Assembly: GCA_964016885.1 (NCBI GenBank)
Contig: OZ024742.1
Span: 168,144,001 to 168,208,000 of the forward strand
Reading direction: 5' to 3'
DNA length: 64,000 bases
DNA from: Eledone cirrhosa
Lineage: Eukaryota
In this document: positions 1-12,400 of the stretch, one piece after another
How the letters are laid out: each line of letters opens with the position of its first letter
Numbering within the stretch: position 1 is the stretch's first letter
Notes under the pieces: generated by a model
The model's input: the letters and a program-made list of their open reading frames with translations, nothing else
Told to the model about the DNA's origin: nothing
Database searches by the model: none
Made by a program: the position numbers and the translations under genes

Positions 1-502
1 TTTAAAAATCCATTAAAAAAAATCCATTTAAAAAAACCCATTAAAAAAAATCCATTAAAATAATCCATTTAAAAAATCCATAAAAAAAAATCCATAAAAA
101 AAATCCATTAAAAAAAATCCATTAAAAAAAAAATCCGTTAAAAAAAATCCATTAAAAATCCATTAAAAATCCATTAAAAATCCATTAAAAATCCATTAAA
201 AATCCATTAAAAATCCATTTAAAAAAATCCATTAAAAAAATCCATTAAAAAAATCCATTTTAAAAATCCATTAAAAAAAATCCATTAAAAAAAAATCCAT
301 TAAAAAAAATCCATTAAAAAAAATCAATTTAAAAAAATCCATTAAAAATCCATTAAAAAAATCCATTTAAAAAAATTCATTAAAAACCCATTAAAAATCC
401 ATTAAAAATCCATTAAAAAATCCATTTAAAAAACCCATTAAAAAAAATCCATTATAAAAATCCATAAAAAAAAAATCCATTAAAAAAATCCATTAAAAAA
501 AA

Positions 503-543
503 CTCAATCAAAAACCCATAAAAGAAACATTAAAACAGCATTT
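503..543 (+). repeat. Cassette A (41 bp, CTCAATCAAAAACCCATAAAAGAAACATTAAAACAGCATTT), first of many dispersed copies
   Basis: Near-identical copies occur throughout the window (e.g. about 797, 1031, 1352, 2142, 2635 and on to 63535). Some begin TTCAATC. It parses as degenerate NNCAT(T)-A4-5 monomers. Confidence 0.95.
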
Positions 544-723
544 AAAAAACCCATTAAAAATTCATTAAAAAATCCATTAAAAATCCATTAAAAATCCATT
601 AAAAAATCCATTTAAAAAATCCATTAAAAAAATCCATTTAAAAAATCCATTAAAAAATCCATTTAAAAAATCCATTAAAAAAAATCCATTAACAAAAACC
701 ATTAAAAAATCCATTAAAAAAAA

Positions 724-763
724 TCCCATTAAAAATACATTAAAGGCCCATTAAAAACGCCAT
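724..763 (+). repeat. Cassette B (40 bp, TCCCATTAAAAATACATTAAAGGCCCATTAAAAACGCCAT), first of many copies
   Basis: Recurs alone and as the 3' end of cassette C. It is usually followed 1-2 monomers later by cassette A. A GGTCC variant is seen near 42211, 51506, 55749 and 57744. Confidence 0.95.
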
Positions 764-1701
764 AAAAAATCCATTAAAAAAATCCATTAAAAAAAACTCA
801 ATCAAAAACCCATAAAAGAAACATTAAAACAGCATTTAAAAAACCCATTAAAAATTCATTAAAAAAAATCCATTTAAAAAATCCAATAAAAAATCCATTA
901 AAAATCCATTAAAAATCCATTAAAAATCCATTAAAAATCCATTAAAAAATCCATTTAAAAAAATCCATTAAAAAAATTCATTAAAAAAATCCATTTAAAA
1001 AATCCATTAAAAAAAATCCATTAAAAAAAACTCAATCAAAAACCCATAAAAGAAACATTAAAACAGCATTTAAAAAATCCATTAAAAAAATCCATTTAAA
1101 AAAATCCATTAAAAAATCCATTAAAAATCCATTAAAAATCCATTAAAAATCCATTAAAAATCCATTAAAAATCCATTAAAAATCCATTAAAAATCCATTA
1201 AAAAAAAATCCATTAAAAAAATCCATTTAAAAAAATCCATTAAAAATCCATTAAAAATCCATTAAAAAATCCATTTAAAAAAATCCATTAAAAAAATTCA
1301 TTAAAAAAATAACATTTAAAAAATCCATTAAAAAAAATCCATTAAAAAAAACTCAATCAAAAACCCATAAAAGAAACATTAAAACAGCATTTAAAAAATC
1401 CATTAAAAAAATCCATTTAAAAAAATCCATTAAAAAATCCATTAAAAAATCCATTAAAAATCCATTAAAAATCCATTAAAAATCCATTAAAAATCCATTA
1501 AAAATCCATTAAAAATCCATTAACAATCCATTAAAAAATCCAATTAAAAAAATCCATTAAAAAAATCCATTAAAAAATCCATTTAAAAAATCCATTAAAA
1601 AAAATCCATTAAAAAAAATCCATTAAAAAAAATCCATTAAAAAAAATCCATTAAAAAAAATCCATTAAAAAAAAAATCCGTAAAAAAAAATCCATTAAAA
1701 A

Positions 1702-1899
1702 CTCAATCAAAAACCCAATTAAAAGGCCATAAAAGAAACATTAAAACAGCATTTAAAATACCATTAAAAATGCCATAAAAAATCATTAAAATTGTTTTTT
1801 ATGAAATTTATAATATGGCTTTTAATGAACTTTTTAATGGGCTTTTAGAATCATTAAAATCCCATTAAAAATACATTAAAGGCCCATTAAAAACGCCAT
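1702..1899 (+). repeat. Cassette C, filled allele (about 198 bp): CTCAATC..CCCAATTAAAAGGCCAT..CAGCATTTAAAATACCATT..(C/T)GCCAT + 12-bp direct repeat + 56-bp inverted island + 12-bp direct repeat + cassette B
   Basis: Read directly at 1702-1899 and repeated with few substitutions at about 24 other positions. It is preceded by a TCCGT(T) variant monomer in essentially all intact copies. Confidence 0.95.
1793..1848 (-). repeat. 56-bp inverted-polarity island (TGTTTTTTATGAAATTTATAATATGGCTTTTAATGAACTTTTTAATGGGCTTTTAG), flanked by AATCATTAAAAT at 1781-1792 and 1849-1860
   Basis: The reverse complement reads CTAAAAGCCCATTAAAAAGTTCATTAAAAGCCAT..., i.e. satellite-like monomers on the - strand. Copy starts counted by eye: 1793, 3520, 5315, 7548, 9088, 13345, 19422, 20521, 22036, 23811, 26069, 27593, 29243, 31896, 33328, 33958, 35544, 37084, 38582, 39211, 40739, 44206, 45678, 46967, 61413. 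Confidence 0.95.
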
Positions 1900-3225
1900 A
1901 AAAAATCCATTAAAAAAAATCCATTAAAAAAAAATTCAATCAAAAACCCATAAAAGAAACATTAAAACGGCATTTAAAAAACCCATTAAAAATTCATTAA
2001 AAAAATCCATTTAAAAAATCCATTAAAAATCCATTAAAAATCCATTAAAAATACATTAAAAATCCATTAAAAAAAATCCATTAAAAAAATCCATTAAAAA
2101 ATCCATTTAAAAAATCCATTAAAAAAATCCATTAAAAAAAACTCAATCAAAAACCCATAAAAGAAACATTAAAACAGCATTTAAAAAATCCATTAAAAAA
2201 AATCCATTAAAAAAATCCATTAAAAAAGCCATTAAAAATCCATTAAAAATCCATTAAAAATCCATTAAAAATCCATTAAAAATCCATTAAAAATCCATTA
2301 AAAATCCATTAAAAAATCCATCTAAAAAAATCCATTAAAAAAATCCATTAAAAAAATTCATTTAAAAAATCCATTAAAAAAATCCATTTAAAAATCCATT
2401 AAAAAAAATCCATTAAAAAAAATCCATAAAAAAATCCATTAAAAAAAATCCATTAAAAAAAATCCGTTAAAAAAAATCCATTAAAAATCCATTAAAAATC
2501 CATTAAAAATTCATTAAAAATCCATTAAAAATCCATTAAAAATCCATTAAAAAATCCATTTAAAAAAATCCATTAAAAAATTCATTTAAAAAATCCATTT
2601 AAAAAATCCATTAAAAAAAATCCATTAAAAAAAACTCAATCAAAAACCCATAAAAGAAACATTAAAACAGCATTTAAAAAATCCATTAAAAAAATCCATT
2701 TAAAAAAATCCATTAAAAAATTCATTAAAAAATCCATTAAAAATCCATTAAAAATCCATTAAAAATCCATTAAAAATTCATTAAAAAATCCATTTAAAAA
2801 AATCCATTAAAAAAATCCATTAAAAAATCCATTTAAAAAATCCATTAAAAAAAATCCATTAAAAAAAATCCATAAAAAAATCCATTAAAAAAATCCATTA
2901 AAAAATCCATTAAAAAAAAATCCATTAAAAATCCATTAAAAAAATCCATTTAAAAAATCCATTTAAAAATCCATTAAAAATCCATTAAAAATCCATTAAA
3001 AATCCATTAAAAAATCCATTAAAAAAACCCATTTAAAAATCCAAAAAAATCCATTTAAAAAATCCATTAAAAAAAATCCATTTAAAAAAACCCATTAAAA
3101 AAAATCCATTAAAAAAATCAATTTAAAAAATCCATTAAAAAAAATCCATTAAAAAAAATCCATAAAAAAAATCCATTAAAAAAAATCCATTAAAAAAAAA
3201 TCCGTTAAAAAAAATCCATTAAAAA

Positions 3226-3355
3226 CTCAATCCAAAACCCAATTAAAAGGCCATAAAAGAAACATTAAAACAGCATTTAAAATACCATTAAAAACGCCAT
3301 AAAAAATCATTAAAATCCCATTAAAAATACATTAAAGGCCCATTAAAAACGCCAT
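3226..3355 (+). repeat. Cassette C, empty allele (no island, single AATCATTAAAAT at 3305-3316)
   Basis: Same flanks as the filled allele but reads ...CGCCATAAAAAATCATTAAAATCCCATTAAAAATACATT.... Other empty copies start at 12095, 12298, 13036, 17492, 17696, 17900, 21740, 23515 and 63385. Confidence 0.93.
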
Positions 3356-5314
3356 AAAAAATCCATTAAAAAAAATCCATTAAAAAAAATCCATTAAAAA
3401 AAATCCGTTAAAAAAAATCCATTAAAAACTCAATCAAAAACCCAATTAAAAGGCCATAAAAGAAACATTAAAACAGCATTTAAAATACCATTAAAAACGC
3501 CATAAAAAATCATTAAAATTGTTTTTTATGAAATTTATAATATGGCTTTTAATGAACTTTTTAATGGGCTTTTAGAATCATTAAAATCCCATTAAAAATA
3601 CATTAAAGGCCCATTAAAAACGCCATAAAAAATCCATTAAAAAAAATCCATTAAAAAAAAATTCAATCAAAAACCCATAAAAGAAACATTAAAACAGCAT
3701 TTAAAAAACCCATTAAAAATTCATTAAAAAAATCCATTTAAAAAATCCATTTAAAAAATCCATTAAAAATCCATTAAAAATCCATTAAAAATCCATTAAA
3801 AAATCCATTTAAAAAACCCATTAAAAAAATCCATTAAAAAAATCCATTTAAAAATCCATTAAAAAAAATCCATTTAAAAAAACCCATTAAAAAAAATCCA
3901 TTAAAATAATCCATTTAAAAAATCCATAAAAAAAAATCCATAAAAAAAATCCATTAAAAAAAATCCATTAAAAAAAAAATCCGTTAAAAAAAATCCATTA
4001 AAAATCCATTAAAAATCCATTAAAAATCCATTAAAAATCCATTTAAAAAAATCCATTAAAAAAATCCATTAAAAAAATCCATTTAAAAAATCCATTAAAA
4101 AAAAATCCATTAAAAAAAAAGCCATTAAAAAAAATCCATTAAAAAAAAACAATTTAAAAAAATCCATTAAAAATCCATTAAAAAAATCCATTTAAAAAAA
4201 TTCATTAAAAACCCATTAAAAATCCATTAAAAATCCATTAAAAAATCCATTTAAAAAACCCATTAAAAAAAATCCATTAAAAAAATCCATAAAAAAAAAA
4301 TCCATTAAAAAAAAAACCCATTAAAAAAATCCATTTAAAAAATCCATTAAAAAAATCCATTAAAAAAAACTCAATCAAAAACCCATAAAAGAAACATTAA
4401 AACAGCATTTAAAAAACCCATTAAAAATTCATTAAAAAATCCATTAAAAATCCATTAAAAATCCATTAAAAAATCCATTTAAAAAAATCCATTAACAAAA
4501 TCCATTTAAAAAATCCATTAAAAAATCCATTTAAAAAATCCATTAAAAAAAATCCATTAACAAAAACCATTAAAAAATCCATTAAAAAAAATCCCATTAA
4601 AAATACATTAAAGGCCCATTAAAAACGCCATAAAAAATCCATTAAAAAAATCCATTAAAAAAAAACTCAATCAAAAACCCATAAAAGAAACATTAAAACA
4701 GCATTTAAAAAACCCATTAAAAATTCATTAAAAAAAATCCATTTAAAAAATCCATAAAAAAATCCATTAAAAATCCATTAAAAATCCATTAAAAATCCAT
4801 TAAAAATCCATTAAAAAATCCATTTAAAAAAATCCATTAAAAAAATTCATTAAAAAAATCCATTTAAAAAATCCATTAAAAAAAATCCATTAAAAAAAAC
4901 TCAATCAAAAACCCATAAAAGAAACATTAAAACAGCATTTAAAAAATCCATTAAAAAAATCCATATAAAAAAATCCATTAAAAAATCCATTAAAAATCCA
5001 TTAAAAATCCATTAAAAATCCATTAAAAATCCATTAAAAATCCATTAAAAATCCATTAAAAATCCATTAAAAAATCCAATTAAAAAAATCCATTAAAAAA
5101 ATCCATTAAAAAATCCATTTAAAAAATCCATTAAAAAAAATCCATTAAAAAAAATCCATAAAAAAATAATCCATTAAAAAAAATCCATTAAAAAAAAATC
5201 CGTTAAAAAAAATCCATTAAAAACTCAATCAAAAACCCAATTAAAAGGCGATAAAAGAAACATTAAAACAGCATTTAAAATACCATTAAAAACGCCATAA
5301 AAAATCATTAAAAT

Positions 5315-8300
5315 TGTTTTTTATGAAATTTATAATATGGCTTTTAATGAACTTTTTAATGGGCTTTAAAATCATTAAAATCCCATTAAAAATACATTAA
5401 AGGCCCATTAAAAACGCCATAAAAAATCCATTAAAAAAAATCCATTAAAAAAAACTTCAATCAAAAACCCATAAAAGAAACATTAAAACAGCATTTAAAA
5501 AACCCATTAAAAATTCATTAAAAAAATCCATTTAAAAAATCCATTAAAAATCCATTAAAAATCCATTAAAAATCCATTAAAAATACATTAAAAATCCATT
5601 AAAAAAAATCCATTAAAAAAATCCATTTAAAAAAATCCATTAAAAACCCATTAAAAATCCATTAAAAAATCCATTTAAAAACCCATTAAAAAAAATCCAT
5701 TAAAAAAATACATTTAAAAAATCCATTTAAAAAAAATCCATTTAAAAAATCCATTAAAAAAAATCCATTAAAAAAAATCCATTAAAAGCTCAATCAAAAA
5801 CCCATTAAAAACGCCATAAAAAATCATTAAAATCCCATTAAAAATACATTAAAGGCCCATTAAAAACGCCATAAAAAATCCATTGAAAAAATCCATTAAA
5901 AAAAAACTTAATCAAAAACCCATAAAAGAAACATTAAAACAGCATTTAAAAAATCCATTGAAAAAATCCATTTAAAAAAATCCATTAAAAAATCCATTAA
6001 AAATCCATTAAAAATCCATTAAAAATCCATTAAAAATTCATTAAAAAATCCATTTAAAAAACCCATTAAAAAAACCATTTAAAAAATCCATTAAAAAAAA
6101 TACATTTAAAAAAACCCATTAAAAAAAATCCATTAAAAATCCATTAAAAAAAATCCATTTAAAAAAAATTCATTAAAAAATCCTTTAAAAATCCATTAAA
6201 AATCCATTAAAAATCCATTAAAAATCCATTAAAAATCCATTAAAAATCCATTAAAAATCCATTAAAAAATCCATTTAAAAAACCCATTAAAAAAAGCATT
6301 AAAAAATCCATTTAAAAAATCCATTAAAAAAAATCCATTTAAAACAACCCATTAAAAAAAATCCATTAAAAAAAACCCATTAAAAAAAATCCATTAAAAA
6401 AATCCATTTAAAAAATCCATTAAAAAAAATCCATTAAAAAAAATCCATAAAAAAATCCATTAAAAAAATCCATTAAAAATCCATTAAAAATCCATTAAAA
6501 ATCCATTAAAAATCCATTTAAAAAAATCCATTAAAAAATCCATTAAAAAAATCCATTTAAAAAATCCATTAAAAAAAATCCATAAAAAAAAAATCCATTA
6601 AAAAAATCCATTAAAAAAAATCAATTTAAAAAAATCCATTAAAAATCCATTAAAAAAATCCATTTAAAAAAATTCATTAAAAACCCATTAAAAATCCATT
6701 AAAAATCCATTAAAAAATCCATTTAAAAAACCCATTAAAAAAAATCCATTAAAAAAATCCATTAAAAAAAAATCCATTTAAAAAAAACCCATTAAAAAAA
6801 ATCCATTAAAAAAATCCATTTAAAAAATCCATTAAAAAAAACTAAATCAAAAACCCATAAAAGAAACATTAAAACAGCATTTAAAAAATCCATTAAAAAT
6901 CCATTAAAAAAATCCATTTAAAAAATCCATTAAAAAATCCATTAAAAATCCATTAAAAATCCATTAAAAAATACATTTAAAAAAATCCATTAAAAAAATC
7001 CATTTAAAAAATCCATTAAAAAATCCATTTAAAAAAATCCATTAAAAAAAATCCATTAAAAAAAACCATTAAAAAATCCATTAAAAAAAATCCCATTAAA
7101 AATACATTAAAGGCCCATTAAAAACGCCATAAAAAATCCATTAAAAAAATCCATTAAAAAAAAACTCAATCAAAAACCCATAAAAGAAACATTAAAACAG
7201 CATTTAAAAAACCCATTAAAAATTCATTAAAAAAAATCCATTTAAAAAATCCATTAAAAAATACATTAAAAATCCATTAAAAATCCATTAAAAATCCATT
7301 AAAAAATCCAATTAAAAAAATCCATTAAAAAAATCCATTAAAAAATCCATTTAAAAAATCCATTAAAAAAAATCCATTAAAAAAAATCCATTAAAAAAAA
7401 ATCCATTAAAAAAAATCCATTAAAAAAAAAATCCGTTAAAAAAAATCCATTAAAAACTCAATCAAAAACCCAATTAAAAGGCCATAAAAGAAACATTAAA
7501 ACAGCATTTAAAATACCATTAAAAACGCCATAAAAAATCATTAAAATTGTTTTTTATGAAATTTATAATATGGCTTTTAATGAACTTTTTAATGGGCTTT
7601 TAGAATCATTAAAATCCCATTAAAAATACATTAAAGGCCCATTAAAAACGCCATAAAAAATCCATTAAAAAAAATCCATTAAAAAAAATTCAATCAAAAA
7701 CCCATAAAAGAAACATTAAAACAGCATTTAAAAAATCCATTAAAAATTCATTAAAAAAATCCATTTAAAAAATCCATTAAAAATCCATTAAAAATCCATT
7801 AAAAATCCATTAAAAATACATTAAAAATCCTTTAAAAAAAAATCCATTAAAAAAATCCATTTAAAAAAATCCATTAAAAACCCATTAAAAATCCATTAAA
7901 AAATCCATTTAAAAACCCATTTAAAAAAATCCATTAAAAAAATACATTTAAAAAATCCATTAAAAAAAAATCCATTTAAAAAACCCATTAAAAAAAATCC
8001 ATTAAAAAAATCCATTTAAAAAATCCATTAAAAAAAATCCATTAAAAAAAATGCATTAAAAGCTCAATCAAAAACCCATTAAAAACGCCATAAAAAATCA
8101 TTAAAATCCCATTAAAAATACATTAAAGGCCCATTAAAAACGCCATAAAAAATCCATTGAAAAAATCCATTAAAAAAAAACTCAATCAAAAACCCATAAA
8201 AGAAACATTAAAACATCATTTAAAAATCCATTAAAAATCCATTAAAAATCCATTAAAAATCCATTAAAAATTCATTAAAAAATCCATTTAAAAAACCCAT

Positions 8301-9300
8301 TAAAAAAACCATTTAAAAAATCCACTAAAAAAAATCCATTTAAAAAAACCCATTAAAAAAAATCCATTAAAAATCCATTAAAAAAAATCCATTTAAAAAA
8401 ATTCATTAAAAAATCCATTAAAAATCCATTAAAAATCCATTAAAAATCCATTAAAAATCCATTAAAAATCCATTAAAAAATCCATTTAAAAAACCCATTA
8501 AAAAAAGCCATTAAAAAATCCATTTAAAAAATCCATTAAAAAAAATCCATTTAAAACAACCCATTAAAAAAAATCCATTAAAAAAAACCCATTAAAAAAA
8601 ATCCATTAAAAAATCCATTTAAAAAATCCATTAAAAAAATCCATTAAAAAAAATCCATAAAAAAATCCATTAAAAAAATCCATTAAAAATCCATTAAAAA
8701 AATCCATTTAAAAAAATTCATTAAAAACCCATTAAAAATCCATTTAAAAAACCCATTAAAAAATCCATTAAAAATCCATTAAAAATCCATTTAAATCCAT
8801 TAAAAAATCCATTAAAAAAATCCATTTAAAAAATCCATTAAAAAAAAATCCATTTAAAAAAAACCATTAAAAAAAATCCATTAAAAAAATCCATTTAAAA
8901 AATCCATTAAAAAAAATCCATTAAAAAAATCCATAAAAAAAATCCATTAAAAAAAATCCATTAAAAAAAAATCCGTTAAAAAAAATCCATTAAAAACTAA
9001 ATCAAAAACCCAATTAAAAGGCCATAAAAGAAACATTAAAACAGCATTTAAAATACCATTAAAAACGCCATAAAAAATCATTAAAATTGTTTTTTATGAA
9101 ATTTATAATATGGCTTTTAATGAATTTTTTAATGGGCTTTTAGAATCATTAAAATCCCATTAAAAATACATTAAAGGCCCATTAAAAACGCCATAAAAAA
9201 TCCATTAAAAAAATCCATTAAAAAAAAACTCAATCAAAAACCCATAAAAGAAACATTAAAACAGCATTTAAAAAATCCATTAAAAATCCATTAAAAAAAA
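5315..9300 (+). repeat. Higher-order block duplicated about 18.5 kb downstream (about 23811-27800)
   Basis: Rare markers occur in the same order: islands 5315/23811, 7548/26069 and 9088/27593 (the last pair both carry the GAATTTTTT variant), TCCACT 8321/26840, TGCATTAAAAGCTC 8052/26571, AAAACAACCC about 6341/24837 and 8553/27061. Confidence 0.88.
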
Positions 9301-12300
9301 ATCCATTAAAAAACTCAATTTAAAAAAATCCATTAAAAATCCATTAAAAATCCATTAAAAATCCATTAAAAATCCATTAAAAAATCCGTTTAAAAAAACC
9401 CATTAAAAAAAATCCATTAAAAAAACCATTTAAAAAATCCATTTAAAAAAATCCATTAAAAAAAACCCATTAAAAAAATCCATTAAAAAAATCCATTAGA
9501 AAAATCCATTAAAAAAAAATCCATTAAAAAAAATCCATAAAAAAATCCATTAAAAAAATCCATTAAAAAAAATCCATTAAAAAAAATCCATTAAAAATCC
9601 ATTAAAAAAATCCATTTAAAAAAATCCATTAAAAAATCCATTAAAAACCCATTAAAAATCCATTAAAAATCCATTAAAAAATCCATTTAAAAAACCCATT
9701 AAAAAAATCCATTAAAAAAATCCATTTAAAAATCCATTAAAAAAAAATCCATTTAAAAAAACCCATTAAAAAAAATCCATTAAAAAAATCCATTTAAAAA
9801 ATCCATAAAAAAAAATCCATAAAAAAAATCCATTAAAAAAAATCCATTAAAAAAAAAATCCGTTAAAAAAAATCCATTAAAAATCCATTAAAAATCCATT
9901 AAAAATCCATTAAAAATCCATTAAAAATCCATTTAAAAAAATCCATTAAAAAAATCCATTAAATAAATCCATTTAAAAAATCCATTAAAAAAAATCCATT
10001 AAAAAAAAATCCATTAAAAAAAATCCATTAAAAAAAATCAATTTAAAAAAATCCATTAAAAATCCATTAAAAAAATCCATTAAAAAAAATCCATTAAAAA
10101 CCCATTAAAAATCCATTAAAAATCCATTAAAAAATCCATTTAAAAAACCCATTAAAAAAAATCCATTAAAAAAATCCATTTAAAAAATCCATTAAAAAAA
10201 AATCCATTAAAAAAACCCATTAAAAAAAATCCATTAAAAAAATCCATTTAAAAAATCCATTAAAAAAAATCCATTAAAAAAAACTCAATCAAAAACCCAT
10301 AAAAGAAACATTAAAACAGCATTTAAAAAATCCATTAAAAATCCATTAAAAAAATCCATTTAAAAAATCCATTAAAAAATCCATTAAAAATCCATTAAAA
10401 ATCCATTAAAAAATCCATTTAAAAAAATCCATTAAAAAAATCCATTTAAAAAATCCATTAAAAAATCCATTTAAAAAATCCATTAAAAAAAATCCATTAA
10501 AAAAAACCATTAAAAAATCCATTAAAAAAAATCCCATTAAAAATACATTAAAGGCCCATTAAAAACGCCATAAAAAATCCATTAAAAAAATCCATTAAAA
10601 AAAAACTCAATCAAAAACCCATAAAAGAAACATTAAAACAGCATTTAAAAAACCCATTAAAAATTCATTAAAAAAAATCCATTTAAAAAATCCATTAAAA
10701 AATCCATTAAAAATCCATTAAAAATCCATTAAAAATCCATTAAAAATCCATTAAAAAATCCATTTAAAAAAATCCATTAAAAAAATTCATTAAAAAAATC
10801 CATTTAAAAAATCCATTAAAAAAAATCCATTAAAAAAAACTCAATCAAAAACCCATAAAAGAAACATTAAAACAGCATTTAAAAAATCCATTAAAAAAAT
10901 CCATTTAAAAAAATCCATTAATAAATCCATTAAAAAATCCAATTAAAAAATCCATTAAAAAAATCCATTAAAAAAAAATTCAATCAAAAACCCATAAAAG
11001 AAACATTAAAACGGCATTTAAAAAACCCATTAAAAATTCATTAAAAAAATCCATTTAAAAAATCCATTAAAAATCCATTAAAAATCCATTAAAAATCCAT
11101 TAAAAATCCATTAAAAATCCATTAAAAATCCATTAAAAAAAAATCCATTAAAAAATCCATTTAAAAAATCCATTAAAAAAAATCCATTAAAAAAAACTCA
11201 ATCAAAAACCCATAAAAGAAACATTAAAACATCATTTAAAAAATCCATTAAAAAAAATCCATTAAAAAAGCCATTAAAAATCCATTAAAAATCCATTAAA
11301 AATCCATTAAAAATCCATTAAAAATCCATTAAAAATCCATTAAAAATCCATTAAAAAATCCATCTAAAAAAATCCATTAAAAAAATCCATTAAAAAAATT
11401 CATTTAAAAAATCCATTAAAAAAATCCATTTAAAAAATCCATTAAAAAAAATCCATTAAAAAAATCCATAAAAAAAATCCATTAAAAAAAATCCATTAAA
11501 AAAAATCCGTTAAAAAAAATCCATTAAAAATCCATTAAAAATCCATTAAAAATCCATTAAAAATCTATTAAAAATCCATTAAAAATCCATTAAAAAATCC
11601 ATTTAAAAAAATCCATTAAAAAAATCCATTAAAAAATCCATTTAAAAAATCCATTAAAAAAAATCCATTAGAAAAAAATCCATTAAAAAAAAAATCCATT
11701 AAAAAAAATCAATTTAAAAAAATCCATTAAAAATCCATTAAAAAAATCCATTAAAAAAAATCCATTAAAAACCCATTAAAAATCCATTAAAAATCCATTA
11801 AAAATCCATGAAAAAATCCATTTAAAAAACCCATTAAAAAAATCCATTAAAAAAATCCATTTAAAAAATCCATTAAAAAAAATCCATTAAAAAAAACCCA
11901 TTAAAAAAAATCCATTTAAAAAATCCATTTAAAAAATCCATTAAAAAAAATCCATTAAAAAAAATCCATAAAAAAATGCATTAAAAAAATCCATTAAAAA
12001 AATCCATTAAAAAAAATCCATTAAAAATCCATTAAAAAAATCCATTTAAAAAAATCCATTAAAAAAAAATCCGTTAAAAAAAATCCATTAAAAACTCAAT
12101 CAAAAACCCAATTAAAAGGCCATAAAAGAAACATTAAAACAGCATTTAAAATACCATTAAAAACGCCATAAAAAATCATTAAAATCCCATTAAAAATACA
12201 TTAAAGGCCCATTAAAAACGCCATAAAAAATCCATTAAAAAAATCCATTAAAAAAAATCCATTAAAAAAAAATCCGTTAAAAAAAATCCATTAAAAACTC

Positions 12301-12400
12301 AATCAAAAACCCAATTAAAAGGCCATAAAAGAAACATTAAAACAGCATTTAAAATACCATTAAAAACGCCATAAAAAATCATTAAAATCCAATTAAAAAT
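9300..12400 (+). repeat. Higher-order block duplicated about 5.5 kb downstream (about 14820-18000)
   Basis: Shared ordered markers: CTCAATTT about 9314/14843, AAATAAATCC 9961/15492, ACGGCATT 11011/16541, CATCTA 11361/16880, TCTATT 11564/17083, TGCATT 11977/17374. Confidence 0.88.

Noticed and set aside
1793-1816. Bacterial -10 box TATAAT within the island, and hairpin as a possible terminator
   Set aside because: Such hexamers are expected by chance in DNA this AT-rich. There is no gene to drive or terminate, and the context is satellite.
1793-1848. MITE or other transposon call for the island
   Set aside because: It has no terminal inverted repeats of its own, consists of inverted satellite-like monomers, and occupies the same site in every copy. 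It is kept only as an insertion/deletion polymorphism.
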